Counted from the stretch's first letter, positions 43,835 to 55,938 are shown. The stretch: 64,000 nucleotides of DNA from an uncultured Acidobacteriaceae bacterium (GCA_963758545.1 CAVWVY010000001.1:110141-174140), one strand, 5' to 3'. The notes: generated from the letters alone by a model not told the origin. Numbers and translations are program-made.

Positions 43835-46800
43835 TCAGAATTGGAGTTTGAGCGCGAACTGATACTGCCGTGGGGTGTAGTTCGGATCGGTTGCTGAAAC
43901 CGTGCCGAAGGACGCGTTGCCGAACTGCTGGTTGCTGCTATTGTTATTCGCGATGAAGAGGTTCGGCGTGTTGGAGATGTTGTAGGTTTCCACCCGGAAT
44001 TGCATGTTCACGCGCTCGGTAACCGGGAAGTTTTTGAAGAGCGACAGATCGACGTGGCGGAAGTGCGGACCCGTCATCGAGTTGCGCTGAGTGTTCCCGA
44101 TGGTTCCCAGAGGTTGAGGAGCGAAGGCAGCCGTATTGAAGAACTCCTTCAGGCTGTGGGGGCCGCCGCGGGGATCTGCGATGGTATTGGGACGGTCGGC
44201 TCCGCCGCTGTTCTGCGGGACCGCGCGATTGTTGAAGCCGTGTGCTTTGCCGTCGCTTTCAATTGGATTGTCGGCTCCGGCCCCGCTGCTGATGATGGAG
44301 AAGGCCTTGCCGCTTTGCCAGGCAGCGATGGCGTTCGTTTGCCAGCCGCCGAGGAAAGCCTTCTTGATCCCTGTGAATTCCTTGCCGTACTGGAATTCAT
44401 AGTTGAGCGAGAGGGCAAAGCGATTCGTGATGTTGTCTTCCGAAGTGCCGTACTCGGTGGCTCGAATGTTGGTGGGAAGCGCGTTGCTCCAACCCTGGTC
44501 ACCCTGCTCCGAGAAGCCGCTGATGTCGCTCAACGCCTTGGCCCAGGTGTAGTTCGCATCGAGAGCCAGTCCCTTGACGAAGCGGCGCTGGAGGGAGGTC
44601 TGCAGCCCGTTGTAGTTGGAGATGCCCCCGGTAGCCAGGTAGCTGACGCCGCTCAGATTGGGAAGCACGCCAGCAAGCGGACGCGCTGATCCGCCCGGAT
44701 TGGTGATGGGGTTGAACGGCAGCGGCTGGTTGATGTTGTTGATGGATTCCGGCAGATGCTGGCCGATGTTGCCGACGTAGCCGATGATGAAGACGTTGGC
44801 GCCGAACTGCTGCTCAAGCTGCAGGTTGAACTGCTGGATGAGAGCCGACTTGAAGTTGGTAGCTTCTGCCACGAAGGACAGACCAGGGATGGTGGAGAGG
44901 TTTGCGAGCTGGGCTGCCGAAGGAGCAGCGGGAACCGGGATTCCCTGGTTGATCACGCCGGGTTGGCCGAGAGTCGCGCAGTCCGGGTTCTGGCCTGGTG
45001 GCAGCACGCCGCCATTCACGGACTCTTCGATGCTCACCGCAATCGTGGACTGGCATGCGGGTGAGTAGACGGAGGTGAACGGAGCGTTTTTCAGGTCGCC
45101 GTTGGAGGTGTAGTTGCCGGGGAAATAGCTGAGTCCATAGCCGCCACGGATCACGGTCGTGGGTCTTGCCGAATACGCGAAGCCAACGCGGGGGGCAACG
45201 TTGTTGTATTGCGTCGGGATGTTCACTGTACTGCTGACGCCGTTCACGTTGGCAATCTTCAAAGCGCTGGACAGTGCTGCGGTGGGGTTGGAGAGAGCCT
45301 CCAGATAGTCGTAATTCGAGATGCGGTTATGCGCTTCGGTGAAGGGGGTATAGATGTCGTAGCGAACGCCCAGGAGCAGCGTCAGCTTCGGGTTTACCTT
45401 CCAGCTATCCTGCGCGAAGGCGCTGGGCTCCCAGCTTCGATAGTCGGGAGGGGAGATGTTGAAGTTGCGGGTCTGGCTCTGAAAGCCGCCGACCAGCGCT
45501 GAGGCAAGCTGGTTGTTCTGCTGCGTCAGTTGGTCAGAGTTGCTATCGGTGGTCAGATTGAACTGGTAGGCACCGACTGCCGAGGCGCTCTGCACGTTCC
45601 GAGCCTGTCGGCGAATCAAACCCGCGCCGAATTTGAAGCTGTGGTTTCCCTTGGTCCAACTGACCGAACCGTTGTACTCGAAGGAGTTGTCGATGTCCTG
45701 CAGGGGCACATAGGCGCCGTCGCCGATGTCACCGAAGGGGCCAACCGAGATTGGAGTGAGGGAGTCAGCAAAGGGACTGAAGGAAGTCATGCTGGCGGGA
45801 AAGCCGATCTTTTGATCGACGCCCGTGCCGTAGTTGAGTGGCAAAGAGAGGTTATTGATGCGGGTGAATGCTGCCCGGAGGTCGAGCAGAAGGTCTTGAT
45901 TGAAGGTGTGCGTGTAGCCGACGACATACTGCTGGGCAATGTTGGTTGCGGGACCATCGAAGTTATATCTGCCGCCGCTGATCTCGATGCCGTTCACAAC
46001 GCCAAATGCCGGAGGCGTAAAGGTAGCCACATTGTTGTAGGAGAATCTTCCGAACAGCTCGTTGTTCTGATTGAACCGGTGGTCGATCCGGGCGTCATAG
46101 AGATTGTAGTTCTGCGTCTTATTCGGGCTGATGGTGAAGTTATTGGCCAGCGCCGTGGGATCTGTGTTGGTCGGCTTCGGGAACAGCTTCAGGTAATTCA
46201 GCATGAGCGGATTGATGGGACGACCGGCGGTGCCGTTTGCCGGCGACAGCAGTGCTTCGGGCGATCCGCCATTTTGACTGTTGATGTCGTTCCATTCGGT
46301 GATGTTCGGGACAGTGCCGGTGTCGGTCAGGCCGGAGACCTGGCGGAAGCCTTCCCAGTCGAAGTAGAAGAACGTTCTATCTTTGAAGATCGGGCCGCCG
46401 ATGCTGGCGCCGTACTGGTTCTGGCGCAGTTCGGGCTTGGGACCGGTGGTCTGGAAGTAATTGCGGCCATCGAAAATGTCGTTGCGGAAGTACTCGTAGG
46501 CGGAGCCGTGAAACTGGTTGGTTCCAGAGCGGGTGATGATGTTGATCACACCGCCGGCGGTACGTCCTGCCTCTGCAGCGTAGCTGTTGGTCTGGACCGT
46601 GATTTCCTGGATGCCTTCGACGTTCGGCTTGACGCCGATGGTTCCGATGATGCGTTCGTTGTCGTCGACTCCATCGATCACCCAGTTGTTGAGGCTGCTG
46701 TCCTGTGCGTTTACGGACAGGCCAGCGGCGTTGGTGCGGCGATCGTCGGGCCGGCCGCCGCTGCTGAGACTGTTGCCCTGGCCTTCATTGGCGCCCGGGA

Positions 46801-47413
46801 CAAGAGCCACGAGCTGGACGAAGTTGCGCCCATTGAGCGGCAGGTCCTGTACGGCCTTTGCGGTTACGGTCGAGCTGACGGTTGAGCTGTCGGCCTGGAG
46901 CAGAGGGGTAGCGGCCTGCACCTCCACGGTGGTGGATGTCGCGCCGGCCTGCAGGTGAACATCATTGCGGGCGCGGTCGCCTGCTTCCACGGACAGGTCG
47001 TTGGTAATGGCTGCCTGGAAGCCGGTAGCTTTCACCGTGACGGAGTAGTGGCCGACGGGAAGGAGTGTGAAGGTGTAATCGCCGGAGGCGCTTGTCTGGG
47101 CCACGCGTGTCTGGTTGGTGCCCAGATTGGTAAGGGTGACCGTGGCATTTGGGACGACCGCGCCGCTTACATCTGTAACTGTGCCCAGGATGTCGGCGGT
47201 AGTCAGCTGACAGAACGCCGTGGATGTGACAAGAAACAGGATGGTGAGAAGGAAAACCGCTTTCCTCCACGTTTTGTGCACCGGTGTTTGTGGCAGGACA
47301 GACGGAGCGACTGGGAGCAGCAGGCGCCCAGTTGGAACTATCGCTCGTGTTGCCACGCGAGTGTGTCGTTCAGCTGCTTTGGAGAAAGCGTTCACTAGGC
47401 CAAAAGGATTCAT
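43835..47413 (-). CDS. TonB-dependent outer-membrane receptor with N-terminal CarboxypepD_reg domain (about 1150-1190 aa, intact)
   Basis: Signal-like WRKAVFLLTILFLVTSTAFCQ (possible GTG start at 47281). DILGTVTDVSGAVVPNATVTLTNLGTNQTRVAQTSASGDYTFTLLPVGHYSVTV. Plug motif AVQDLPLNGRNFVQLVALVPGA. Long barrel ending YQFALKLQF. Confidence 0.88.
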   Translation of the reverse strand: MNPFGLVNAFSKAAERHTRVATRAIVPTGRLLLPVAPSVLPQTPVHKTWRKAVFLLTILFLVTSTAFCQLTTADILGTVTDVSGAVVPNATVTLTNLGTNQTRVAQTSASGDYTFTLLPVGHYSVTVKATGFQAAITNDLSVEAGDRARNDVHLQAGATSTTVEVQAATPLLQADSSTVSSTVTAKAVQDLPLNGRNFVQLVALVPGANEGQGNSLSSGGRPDDRRTNAAGLSVNAQDSSLNNWVIDGVDDNERIIGTIGVKPNVEGIQEITVQTNSYAAEAGRTAGGVINIITRSGTNQFHGSAYEYFRNDIFDGRNYFQTTGPKPELRQNQYGASIGGPIFKDRTFFYFDWEGFRQVSGLTDTGTVPNITEWNDINSQNGGSPEALLSPANGTAGRPINPLMLNYLKLFPKPTNTDPTALANNFTISPNKTQNYNLYDARIDHRFNQNNELFGRFSYNNVATFTPPAFGVVNGIEISGGRYNFDGPATNIAQQYVVGYTHTFNQDLLLDLRAAFTRINNLSLPLNYGTGVDQKIGFPASMTSFSPFADSLTPISVGPFGDIGDGAYVPLQDIDNSFEYNGSVSWTKGNHSFKFGAGLIRRQARNVQSASAVGAYQFNLTTDSNSDQLTQQNNQLASALVGGFQSQTRNFNISPPDYRSWEPSAFAQDSWKVNPKLTLLLGVRYDIYTPFTEAHNRISNYDYLEALSNPTAALSSALKIANVNGVSSTVNIPTQYNNVAPRVGFAYSARPTTVIRGGYGLSYFPGNYTSNGDLKNAPFTSVYSPACQSTIAVSIEESVNGGVLPPGQNPDCATLGQPGVINQGIPVPAAPSAAQLANLSTIPGLSFVAEATNFKSALIQQFNLQLEQQFGANVFIIGYVGNIGQHLPESINNINQPLPFNPITNPGGSARPLAGVLPNLSGVSYLATGGISNYNGLQTSLQRRFVKGLALDANYTWAKALSDISGFSEQGDQGWSNALPTNIRATEYGTSEDNITNRFALSLNYEFQYGKEFTGIKKAFLGGWQTNAIAAWQSGKAFSIISSGAGADNPIESDGKAHGFNNRAVPQNSGGADRPNTIADPRGGPHSLKEFFNTAAFAPQPLGTIGNTQRNSMTGPHFRHVDLSLFKNFPVTERVNMQFRVETYNISNTPNLFIANNNSSNQQFGNASFGTVSATDPNYTPRQYQFALKLQF

Positions 47414-47983
47414 TGTGTTGTTCCCTAATCGATATTTTAGAGGCTATATGCATGACTGCTGTTTTGACTGCACACGAAACTAGTCTCTTTACCGCTGCGC
47501 TGGCAAGTACTCGTAAGGAGTCACAGACCGCTTCTTGGAGAGACATCGTTAACTCGCACGATAATGGGCATACGATCGTCTGGCGTTGCGGTTTGGCCCC
47601 ATTGGTTTGAGACGAACGGAAGAGCCATATGGAGAAGCGGAACGACGCAAAAAGTAACGGTCGATGTACTTCACACGCAACGTAAACGCTTTCCGGTCGC
47701 CGTGACAAGTAGCAGAAGCCAAATCAAACTAAAGGTTGAGTAAGATACCGTTTCAGCTATCGTTAACGCGCCCAGCGGCCGGGTACGCGTCAGGCATACG
47801 ATTGTCTAAATAACCCTACTCCTGTGGATGCGATGGGAAGATCGAACCGGGATTGATCCATCTTCTGCCGACCAGCTAGCCGGAGGAGGAGTGCGGGCGA
47901 TCAGGTATCAGTCCGTTCGCTTGCCTGGAGATGCAGGAACGGATATGTAACCACTTCCTGGCCATTGCTCGGGGGAGAACCAG

Positions 47984-48018
47984 ATCGAAGAAGGCCAGAG
48001 TCTCCGGCCTTCTTCGAT
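47984..48018 (-). terminator. 13-bp perfect hairpin immediately after the lipoprotein stop
   Basis: ATCGAAGAAGGCC-N9-GGCCTTCTTCGAT. The U-tract is weak, so its function as a terminator is uncertain. Confidence 0.4.
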
Positions 48019-48031
48019 CCGACGCTGAGCT

Positions 48032-50038
48032 TTATTGCTCGAAGCTGGCCAGGTAGCCTCCGGTATCGCCGGAGAGCAGGACCGCCTTTGTGGGCGAGAC
48101 GACGTAGAAGATCCGCGGAGTCGCATCGCCGCTGACTGTCACGACGGCTCGGCCGGTGCTGTCTACGGAGTAGGTGCCCGATGTGGTTACGTTGGAAGCG
48201 AGCCCTTTTGAGCCGCTGGTGTTGCTGGTGAACGGCACGTTGCCAGCGCCATCCGCGGCGGCGAGGCTGACGACGTTGAGTTCGGGCCGGGGGATGGTGC
48301 CGCCCAGGTAGTTCCCTTTGAGGGATACGTTGGTGAACGGCGAGCCGGTTTGGGCTTCGAGGAGACCGGAGCTGGTGGAGGCATCGGCGCCGAAAGCGAA
48401 TGCTTTCGTCTTGCTGACCAGGTAGAGGACCGTCTTTGTCGCGCTGCTTACGGTGATGGGTGTGCGTCCGGTTGTGGCATCTACTGTGTAGGTTCCGGTG
48501 TAGGTCTGCTGTGCCGTCAACGAGGCGTTGAACTCGTCATAGCTGGCGCTCACGTTGCCTTTTCCGTCGCTGGTGAGCAGTCCCAGGGTGACATCGGGAA
48601 CATAGGTGGCAGGGGGTTGGAGCGCGCTGCCGGTCATTTCGAGCACGTTTGCTCCAGTGAAGGAGGCGTTAGTGAATGGCCCGGTCTGCTGCAGAACGAC
48701 CCCGCTGACCATTGGAATCGTGGGAGAGGTCTGGTCCGCCGAGGTGGCAAGGAGTTCGGTCGGGCTTACCTGGTAATAGTCGTAGGTCAACGTTGCACTT
48801 CCGATTTTCAACGTAATGAGGCCGCCGAGATCGCCGGGGGTGCAGGTCCCGGTCACGGAAGTGGAGTTGGAAATTGTGCCGTTGTCGTTTAGATCGACGG
48901 TACCGCTGGTGATGTTGCCGTTGCCATCTGCCTGGAAGGAGCCGACGACGGCTACCGGTTGGGAATGCGTATCGTAGCCGCTGAAGCCGAAGGCATAGCC
49001 GCCTTTCAGGTTGGCGGGAAGTACGGTGTTGATGCTGGAGGTCTTCAGCACGCCAGAGCCGCGCATGCCTGCGCCGGTGGTGTCGTCGAATTCGATGATG
49101 CGGATATCGCTGTCATTGTTTGCTGCCGTGGCGGAGGCAGGGACGGCGAGTGCAAAGGTGACGTTGCCATTCGGGAGATCCAGTACGAGCTGCCCGAGCC
49201 CGTTGGGCGCGATGGAGACAGAGCCGCCAGTGAACGTTTGAACAATCACGGGTGCCTGGTTCAATTCGTTCTCGCTATATGCACCGACTCCGACCGTCCC
49301 TTGTGCGATCAGGAAGGAACCGCTGATGGCGACGGGATTGCCTGCCGGGGCGGTGCCGTTGAACTGGAACGCGTATCCGCCGTCAGGCAGCGGAGTGCCC
49401 TGCGGATTGATCGTGAAGTTGACATTCTGAGTGGCGGTGTTGGTGGTGGTTTCGTCGGTGACGGTAATGCTCGGGCTGAACGTGCCGGAAGCGGTGGGGG
49501 TACCGGAGACGACTCCCGCGGTGCTGAGGGAAAGTCCGGCGGGAAGGCTGGAACCGGAGGCAACTGCCCAGGTGTAGGGAGGGACGCCGCCGGTGGCCGC
49601 GAGTTGGAACGAAGGATATGTGGTGCCGACGGTGCCGGTGGGCGCAGTGGTGGTGGTGATCGTCAGCATGCCGCCGGTGATGGCATGGAAAAGATTTCCG
49701 GAGGCGGCTGGGGCGGACATTGGCTGTCCGTAACCTGCGCCATGAAGCTGGATGCGCCGGCTGTCGTTGGGCGTACCGGAGATGACTCCGGCGGCGCTGA
49801 GTGAGAGTCCGGCGGGCAGTGTGCCGGATTTGAGGCTCCAAGTATATGGCGCCAACTCCGCCGTGAGCGGAAATGGGTGCGTTGTAGGCGACCGAGACTT
49901 GTCCCTGCGATAGAGAAAGAGTGGTGATGCTCGGGAGGATTGGACAGGCGGTTTGCTGCCTCCGCCACCACAGGCAACGAACAATCCAGACACCAGGAGA
50001 CCCAATAGCAGACGAAAACCAGTCGATTTCATACGCAT
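48032..50038 (-). CDS. Lipoprotein with two putative-Ig repeats and four beta-rich repeats of about 110 aa; contains two short out-of-frame patches
   Basis: MRMKSTGFRLLLGLLVSGLFVACGGGG (lipobox). PYTWSLKSGTLPAGLSLSAAGVISGTP and PYTWAVASGSSLPAGLSLSTAGVVSGTP. Recurring GGYAF.F.G...VA..GSF.ADG.GN..SG..D.N...TGTY.VD..GR modules run to the C-terminus. Confidence 0.65.
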   Translation of the reverse strand: MRMKSTGFRLLLGLLVSGLFVACGGGGSKPPVQSSRASPLFLYRRDKSRSPTTHPFPLTAELAPYTWSLKSGTLPAGLSLSAAGVISGTPNDSRRIQLHGAGYGQPMSAPAASGNLFHAITGGMLTITTTTAPTGTVGTTYPSFQLAATGGVPPYTWAVASGSSLPAGLSLSTAGVVSGTPTASGTFSPSITVTDETTTNTATQNVNFTINPQGTPLPDGGYAFQFNGTAPAGNPVAISGSFLIAQGTVGVGAYSENELNQAPVIVQTFTGGSVSIAPNGLGQLVLDLPNGNVTFALAVPASATAANNDSDIRIIEFDDTTGAGMRGSGVLKTSSINTVLPANLKGGYAFGFSGYDTHSQPVAVVGSFQADGNGNITSGTVDLNDNGTISNSTSVTGTCTPGDLGGLITLKIGSATLTYDYYQVSPTELLATSADQTSPTIPMVSGVVLQQTGPFTNASFTGANVLEMTGSALQPPATYVPDVTLGLLTSDGKGNVSASYDEFNASLTAQQTYTGTYTVDATTGRTPITVSSATKTVLYLVSKTKAFAFGADASTSSGLLEAQTGSPFTNVSLKGNYLGGTIPRPELNVVSLAAADGAGNVPFTSNTSGSKGLASNVTTSGTYSVDSTGRAVVTVSGDATPRIFYVVSPTKAVLLSGDTGGYLASFEQ

Positions 50039-50329
50039 CCCCCATGTTGCCGGGAAAGTTCGCTTCCGCATTCATTGCGCGGGGGAAATGTTCAGGGCCG
50101 AATTACGTTTCTTGTATGACGTTACGGCAGCTCGGTTGAGCGGCCGGCGGAATGCGGGCGAGCCAGTCCCCTGCAAGAAACACGAATCAAAATAATGGTC
50201 TGCCGCTGTTGCTTGCAAGAGAAAATGTTGTAGCACGGGCAACATATCGATCAGTGGCTGACCGCCAGGGCCGGGGATTCCCCGAAGTCGGTGCATCACG
50301 GTTGCTTTTTTAGTCCAGCCAACGCCTGG

Positions 50330-52569
50330 TTATTCCGAGCCGCGCAGGCGCTCCAGCACGACGGCTGTGCTGTCATAGTCCCCGCGTAAGTCGAGCTGAA
50401 TGCCGTGTCCCATCCAGTAACTACCGCTTGCTTCCTGTTGCGAACGAAGCTGCTTTGGATCGAGCGGGCGCAGGCGATAGATGGCCTTCGGATCGAGACC
50501 CTGGAGGCGCACGAGCGGATAGGGATCGCCGAAGTTCTGGGAGTGGAGGTAAGCGAAGAGGACGGCTTGTGTGCCATCGGTGGATACGTATTCGGTGGCG
50601 GCACGCTCGCTGGGTGCGGCCGGACGCGATGGCGCGATGAGGCGATATTGCAGGCCCTGCTGGACGGTGGGCCGGATGGTCTTGTAGAAGGCGACCAGGT
50701 CTTTCGCAGTGGCCATGTCTTCCGGCGTGAAGTTGTTGAGGTTGGCGCCGATGCCGAGCGAGCCTTCCATGGCGACCAGGAAACGGAACTTGAGCGACGT
50801 GTTGCGGGTGCGTTGCGGGTCGGTGACCCAGGCCATCATCACGCCGGGTGTATAGGCATGGGTGAAGCCGTCCTGGATGGAGAGGCGGTCGAGCGCGTCG
50901 GTGTTGTCGGAGGGCCAGACCTCTTCGGTGCGGCGCATGATGCCGAGATCGACGCGGCCGCCACCGCCGGAGCAGGATTCGATCTCAAGCTTGGGGTGTT
51001 TGGCGCGCAGGCGATCGAGGATCGCGTAGAGGTTGTGGACGTAGGCGACGTAGATTTTTTTCTGGTCGGCGACGGGCACCGCGTCCCAGCCGGGCTCGGA
51101 CCAGTTGCGGTTGTAGTCCCACTTGAGAAAGTCGATGTCGTTGTTGGAGACCAGCTCGTCGAGCCAGTGATAGGTGTACTCCATCACATCGGGACGAGCG
51201 AGATTGAGCAGCAGCTGGTTGCGGCCTTCCGTACGCGGGCGGCCGGGGAAGTTCATGGCCCACTCGGGATGCTTGCGATAGAGATCGCTGTCGGGGTTGA
51301 CCATTTCCGGCTCGACCCAGATGCCGAAGTCCATGCCGAGCTGGTGGACGCGATCGATGACCGGCTTGAGGCCGTTGGGGAACTTCTCTTTGTTGACGTA
51401 CCAGTCGCCGAGGCCGGCGTGGTCGTTCTTGCGCTGGCCGAACCAGCCGTCATCGATAACGAAGCGTTCGACGCCGAGCTGCGCGGCTTTCTCGGCGAGT
51501 GCGATCTGACCGGCCTCGCTGACGTTGAACTCGGTGGCTTCCCAGGAGTTGTAGAGGACGGGGCGCAGTTTGGGATGCGGCGCACCGGGCAGAATCACGC
51601 CTTGCTGAAAGCGATGGAGGATGCGCGAGGCTTCACCCATACCGCCCTCGGTGAATCCGGCGTAGAAGGGCGGGGTGGTCAGCGATTCGCCAGGCGCGAG
51701 GCGGTAGCCGAAGTCGAAAGGATTGTAACCGCCAGTGATACGAACCTGGTGGAAGGAACTCTGCTCCATGGTGATGCGCCAGCTTCCGCTCCAGCCGAGC
51801 TCGCCGAAGTAGACCGGGCCGTGCTCTTCGTCCGTGCTATCGGGACCTTCGAGGGCGAACCAGGGATTGGCCTGATTGCCAGTGGAGCCGCGGCGGCTTT
51901 CGATGACCTGGCTGCCGACGTCGAGCGACGCGGATTGCAGTTGCCATTCGCCGGCCCAGCGGCCGGTGAGCCAGTGGGCGCGGTAGTTGCGGTTTTCGAG
52001 ATTGGGAAGGCTCCAGGTAGCGCTGGCGGCGTTTTCAAGGACGACGTCTTCTTTGGTCTGGTTCTCGATGGTGGACCAGCGCTCGAGGATGCTTTGCCCG
52101 TTGTAGACGCGGTAGAAGAGATGCACGACGAGCGGGAGCTTGATGTCGCGCATGGTGATTTCGAGTGTCTGGCTGTTGGCGTTTGGCGCGTCAGATGCTG
52201 GTCGACGTACTCGAGGACGACATCGCGATTGCCGCTCGCGAAGGTGGCTTTGAGGTCCGGCTCGGTGTAGAGGCCGGCGCCCCACGCGGCGTATTCCTGG
52301 GGCGTGGTGGTGGTCGAGAGATCAAAGGCTGCGCGCTCAGGCAGGCTGTGCGCGGCAGGAATATCGTGAGTGCGGTCGATGCGCGGTCCCCAATAGAGAG
52401 ACTGCAGCCAGTTGCGCTCGTCGACGCCCATGGCATAGGTAAAGTCGCCGGCCTGGATGACCCAGACCTTTGCGTCGGGGCGGTAGTCGATGCTCTGGGA
52501 ATGGGCCATGGGGCTGAGCAGAGTGCGGCGGAGAGATATAGCGGCGGCGGCAAAGGCGCGCAGAGACAC
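50330..52569 (-). pseudogene. GH36 alpha-galactosidase, one frame disruption at about 52195
   Basis: N-terminus (signal-like MSLRAFAAAAISL..., then SIDYRPDAKVWVIQAGDFTYAMGVDERNWLQSLYWG) is in ORF 51679..52569. The body is in ORF 50330..52285 (NPWFALEG...VLYNSWEATEFNV...FVIDDGWFG...GDW...FGIWVEPEMVNPDSDLYRKHPEW...LKWDYNR...ESCSGGGGR). Confidence 0.88.
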
Positions 52570-52611
52570 GGGTGGTTCTCCTGGATGACGAACGTCTCAC
52601 AGTGTAATCGC

Positions 52612-53097
52612 TTACGTGGTTTCTGTGTGCTGTTTTGCCAGCCGGGCGAGGGCTGTGCCCGAGACTCGCATGATGCGCCAGGACTCCAGCATGAGGGCGC
52701 CACAACTGCGATAGAAGTCGACAGCCGGCGTGTTCCAGTCGAGCACGTCCCATTGCATGCGGGCGCAGCCCCGCTCCAAAGCGATGGCGGCCACGCGCGA
52801 CAAGAGTGCCTTGCCGATGCCGCGGCTGCGATGCGACGGCTGCACGAAGAGGTCTTCGAGATGAAGGCTGGGGCCGCGCCAAGTGGAGTAGATGGGGAAG
52901 TAGAGGGCGAAGCCGGCAGCCTCACCTTCATCGTCCGCTATGAGGCATTCAAAGAGCGGTCGCGGGCCAAAGCCGTCGCGGCGCAGCTCGGCTTCGCCGA
53001 GCTGGACGGCATTGGGCTCGCGCTCGTAGATAGCCAGTGCGTGGATCAGCTTGAGGATGGCGGGAACGTCGGCTTCCGTAGCGAGGCGGATGTGCAT
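52612..53097 (-). CDS. GNAT family N-acetyltransferase
   Basis: MHIRLATEADVPAILKLIHALAIYE...LEDLFVQPSHRSRGIGKALL...WNTPAVDFYRSCGA; 161 aa. Confidence 0.85.
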   Translation of the reverse strand: MHIRLATEADVPAILKLIHALAIYEREPNAVQLGEAELRRDGFGPRPLFECLIADDEGEAAGFALYFPIYSTWRGPSLHLEDLFVQPSHRSRGIGKALLSRVAAIALERGCARMQWDVLDWNTPAVDFYRSCGALMLESWRIMRVSGTALARLAKQHTETT

Positions 53098-53377
53098 GGC
53101 GGTCGTCTCGCCATTGAGTGTACGGTGCTAGCCGCACGGGCAAAAGCGCCTGCGGCGCGTTCCCGGAGGCTCGCTTCCTTTGGTCGCTCACGCCTGGGGT
53201 GATGGTCTCCCGAAACGATCGGCAGGTCCACTTCAACGAACGCAGTTCAGGTTTCCTCGCTGCGATCAGAATGACAGCGCTAGCGGTGGGCGGTTCGCGA
53301 CGCAGGAGTGCCGGGAACTACCCCACCCTGGCTTCGCCAGAATGGGGCACCCGATTTGCTGCGGCGACCGATGCCGT

Positions 53378-54370
53378 CTAATGGACGCGGGCGAGGAAGA
53401 CGCCGAACCAGTGCCGCGGGTCGGTCCAGTGATCGGCGACGGTGAAGCCGGTCTGCGCCAGCAGATGTTGCGCGCCTTCGATGGTGAACTTGTAACTGTT
53501 TTCAGTATGTATGGTTTCGCCGCGCCGGAACGCAAGTGTGAGGTCAAGAGACGGAATTGCGACCTCGTGCGCCATCAGACTTTCGAGATGCATCTCGATG
53601 CGCGAGCGTTCGCCGTTCCACCGTACTTTGTGGCGAAACTTCATCAGATCGAAGTCGGCGCCGAGCTCACGGTTGATGCGCGCCAGCACATTGCGATTGA
53701 AGGCCGCGGTAACACCGCGCGCATCGTCGTAGGCAGCGATGAGCGTGGGGATGTCCTTGACCAGGTCTACGCCGAGCAGCAGCATGTCGCCGGGCGCAAG
53801 CTGGTTGCGGATATCACGCAGCAACTCGCGGGCGTCGGCAGGCTCAAAGTTGCCCAGGCTCGATCCTATATAGAGGACGAGGCGGCGTGTACCGTCAGCG
53901 GGGATCTCTCCGAGACCGTTAGTGTAGTCGCCGACACGCGACTCGAAGGTGACGCCGGGAATGGCCGCAGGTGAGGTGGCGCTGTGCCTGTTCCAGCGCG
54001 GAGGCGGAGACATCGATGGCATAGTAGGTGACCGCTTCCTGACGCCGCACCGCGGCGCGGAGCAGCAGGCCGGTCTTGGTGGCGGTGCCGGCGCCGAGCT
54101 CGATCACGGTCAGGTCGCGCTGCTGGCCGTGCGCAGTTGGCGCGGATGCTGCTGCGATGATTGCTGCCGCATTTGCCTGGAAGATCCCACGCTCGGTGCG
54201 CGTGAGGTAATACTCGTCGAGCTCGGTGATCTGTTCAAAAAGATGAGAGCCCTCCTGATCGTAAAAGAGCCAGGGGCTAAGCACACGCGGCCGCGATGTA
54301 AGGCCGCGAAAGACCTCGGAGCCGAGAGCGGTATATGCCGCCGCCGGCAACTGGGGTAAGGTGACTGCAT

Positions 54371-54374
<4 letters not shown>
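53378..54374 (-). pseudogene. egtD: L-histidine N-alpha-methyltransferase (ergothioneine biosynthesis EgtD), one frame disruption at about 53968
   Basis: MNAVTLPQL...SPWLFYDQEGSHLFEQITELDEYYLTRTERGIF...VIELGAGTATKTGLLL...YYAIDVSASALEQA is in the 54374 frame. AAIPGVTFESRVGDY...LVLYIGSSLGNFEP...LLLGVDLVKD...AAYDDARGVTAAFNRN...IHTENSYKF is in ORF 53378..54022. The ATG overlaps the egtB stop (ATGA). Confidence 0.85.
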
Positions 54375-55669
<1,295 letters not shown>

Positions 55670-55938
55670 CGATCGTCTATATCCTTAGTCGCTCCGGTGG
55701 GGGTTTCCTTCGACATTGGAGCCGGAGAACGGAGCCGCTGTTGCTTCGTATAGCGTGACATTTCCCGATTACGGGCAGGTCACAATCTTGCTGATAACCG
55801 GGCCTGATGTTCACGCAACCTGGGAAACACTACGCAGCCCTTCTATGGATGCGCAAGAGGGGTCCGAAGAACTACGCGAATTTAGTAATCCCGAGCTAAA
55901 TCATTACAGTTCCTTCCGTACCCCGCCCGGGTTGCTCC

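Noticed and set aside
45530-46885. 451-aa plus-strand ORF
   Set aside because: It lies antisense to the intact TonB-dependent barrel gene and has no motifs.
47824-47893. tRNA-like T-loop (GGTTCGATC on the minus strand) with a terminal ...ATCCA
   Set aside because: I could not build a T stem, acceptor stem or D arm. It is probably just a GATGG...CCATC hairpin.
50405-52270. 621-aa plus-strand ORF
   Set aside because: It lies antisense to the GH36 alpha-galactosidase. The translation is Gly/Ala/Val/Arg-rich with no recognisable motifs. This is a typical shadow ORF of a high-GC gene.
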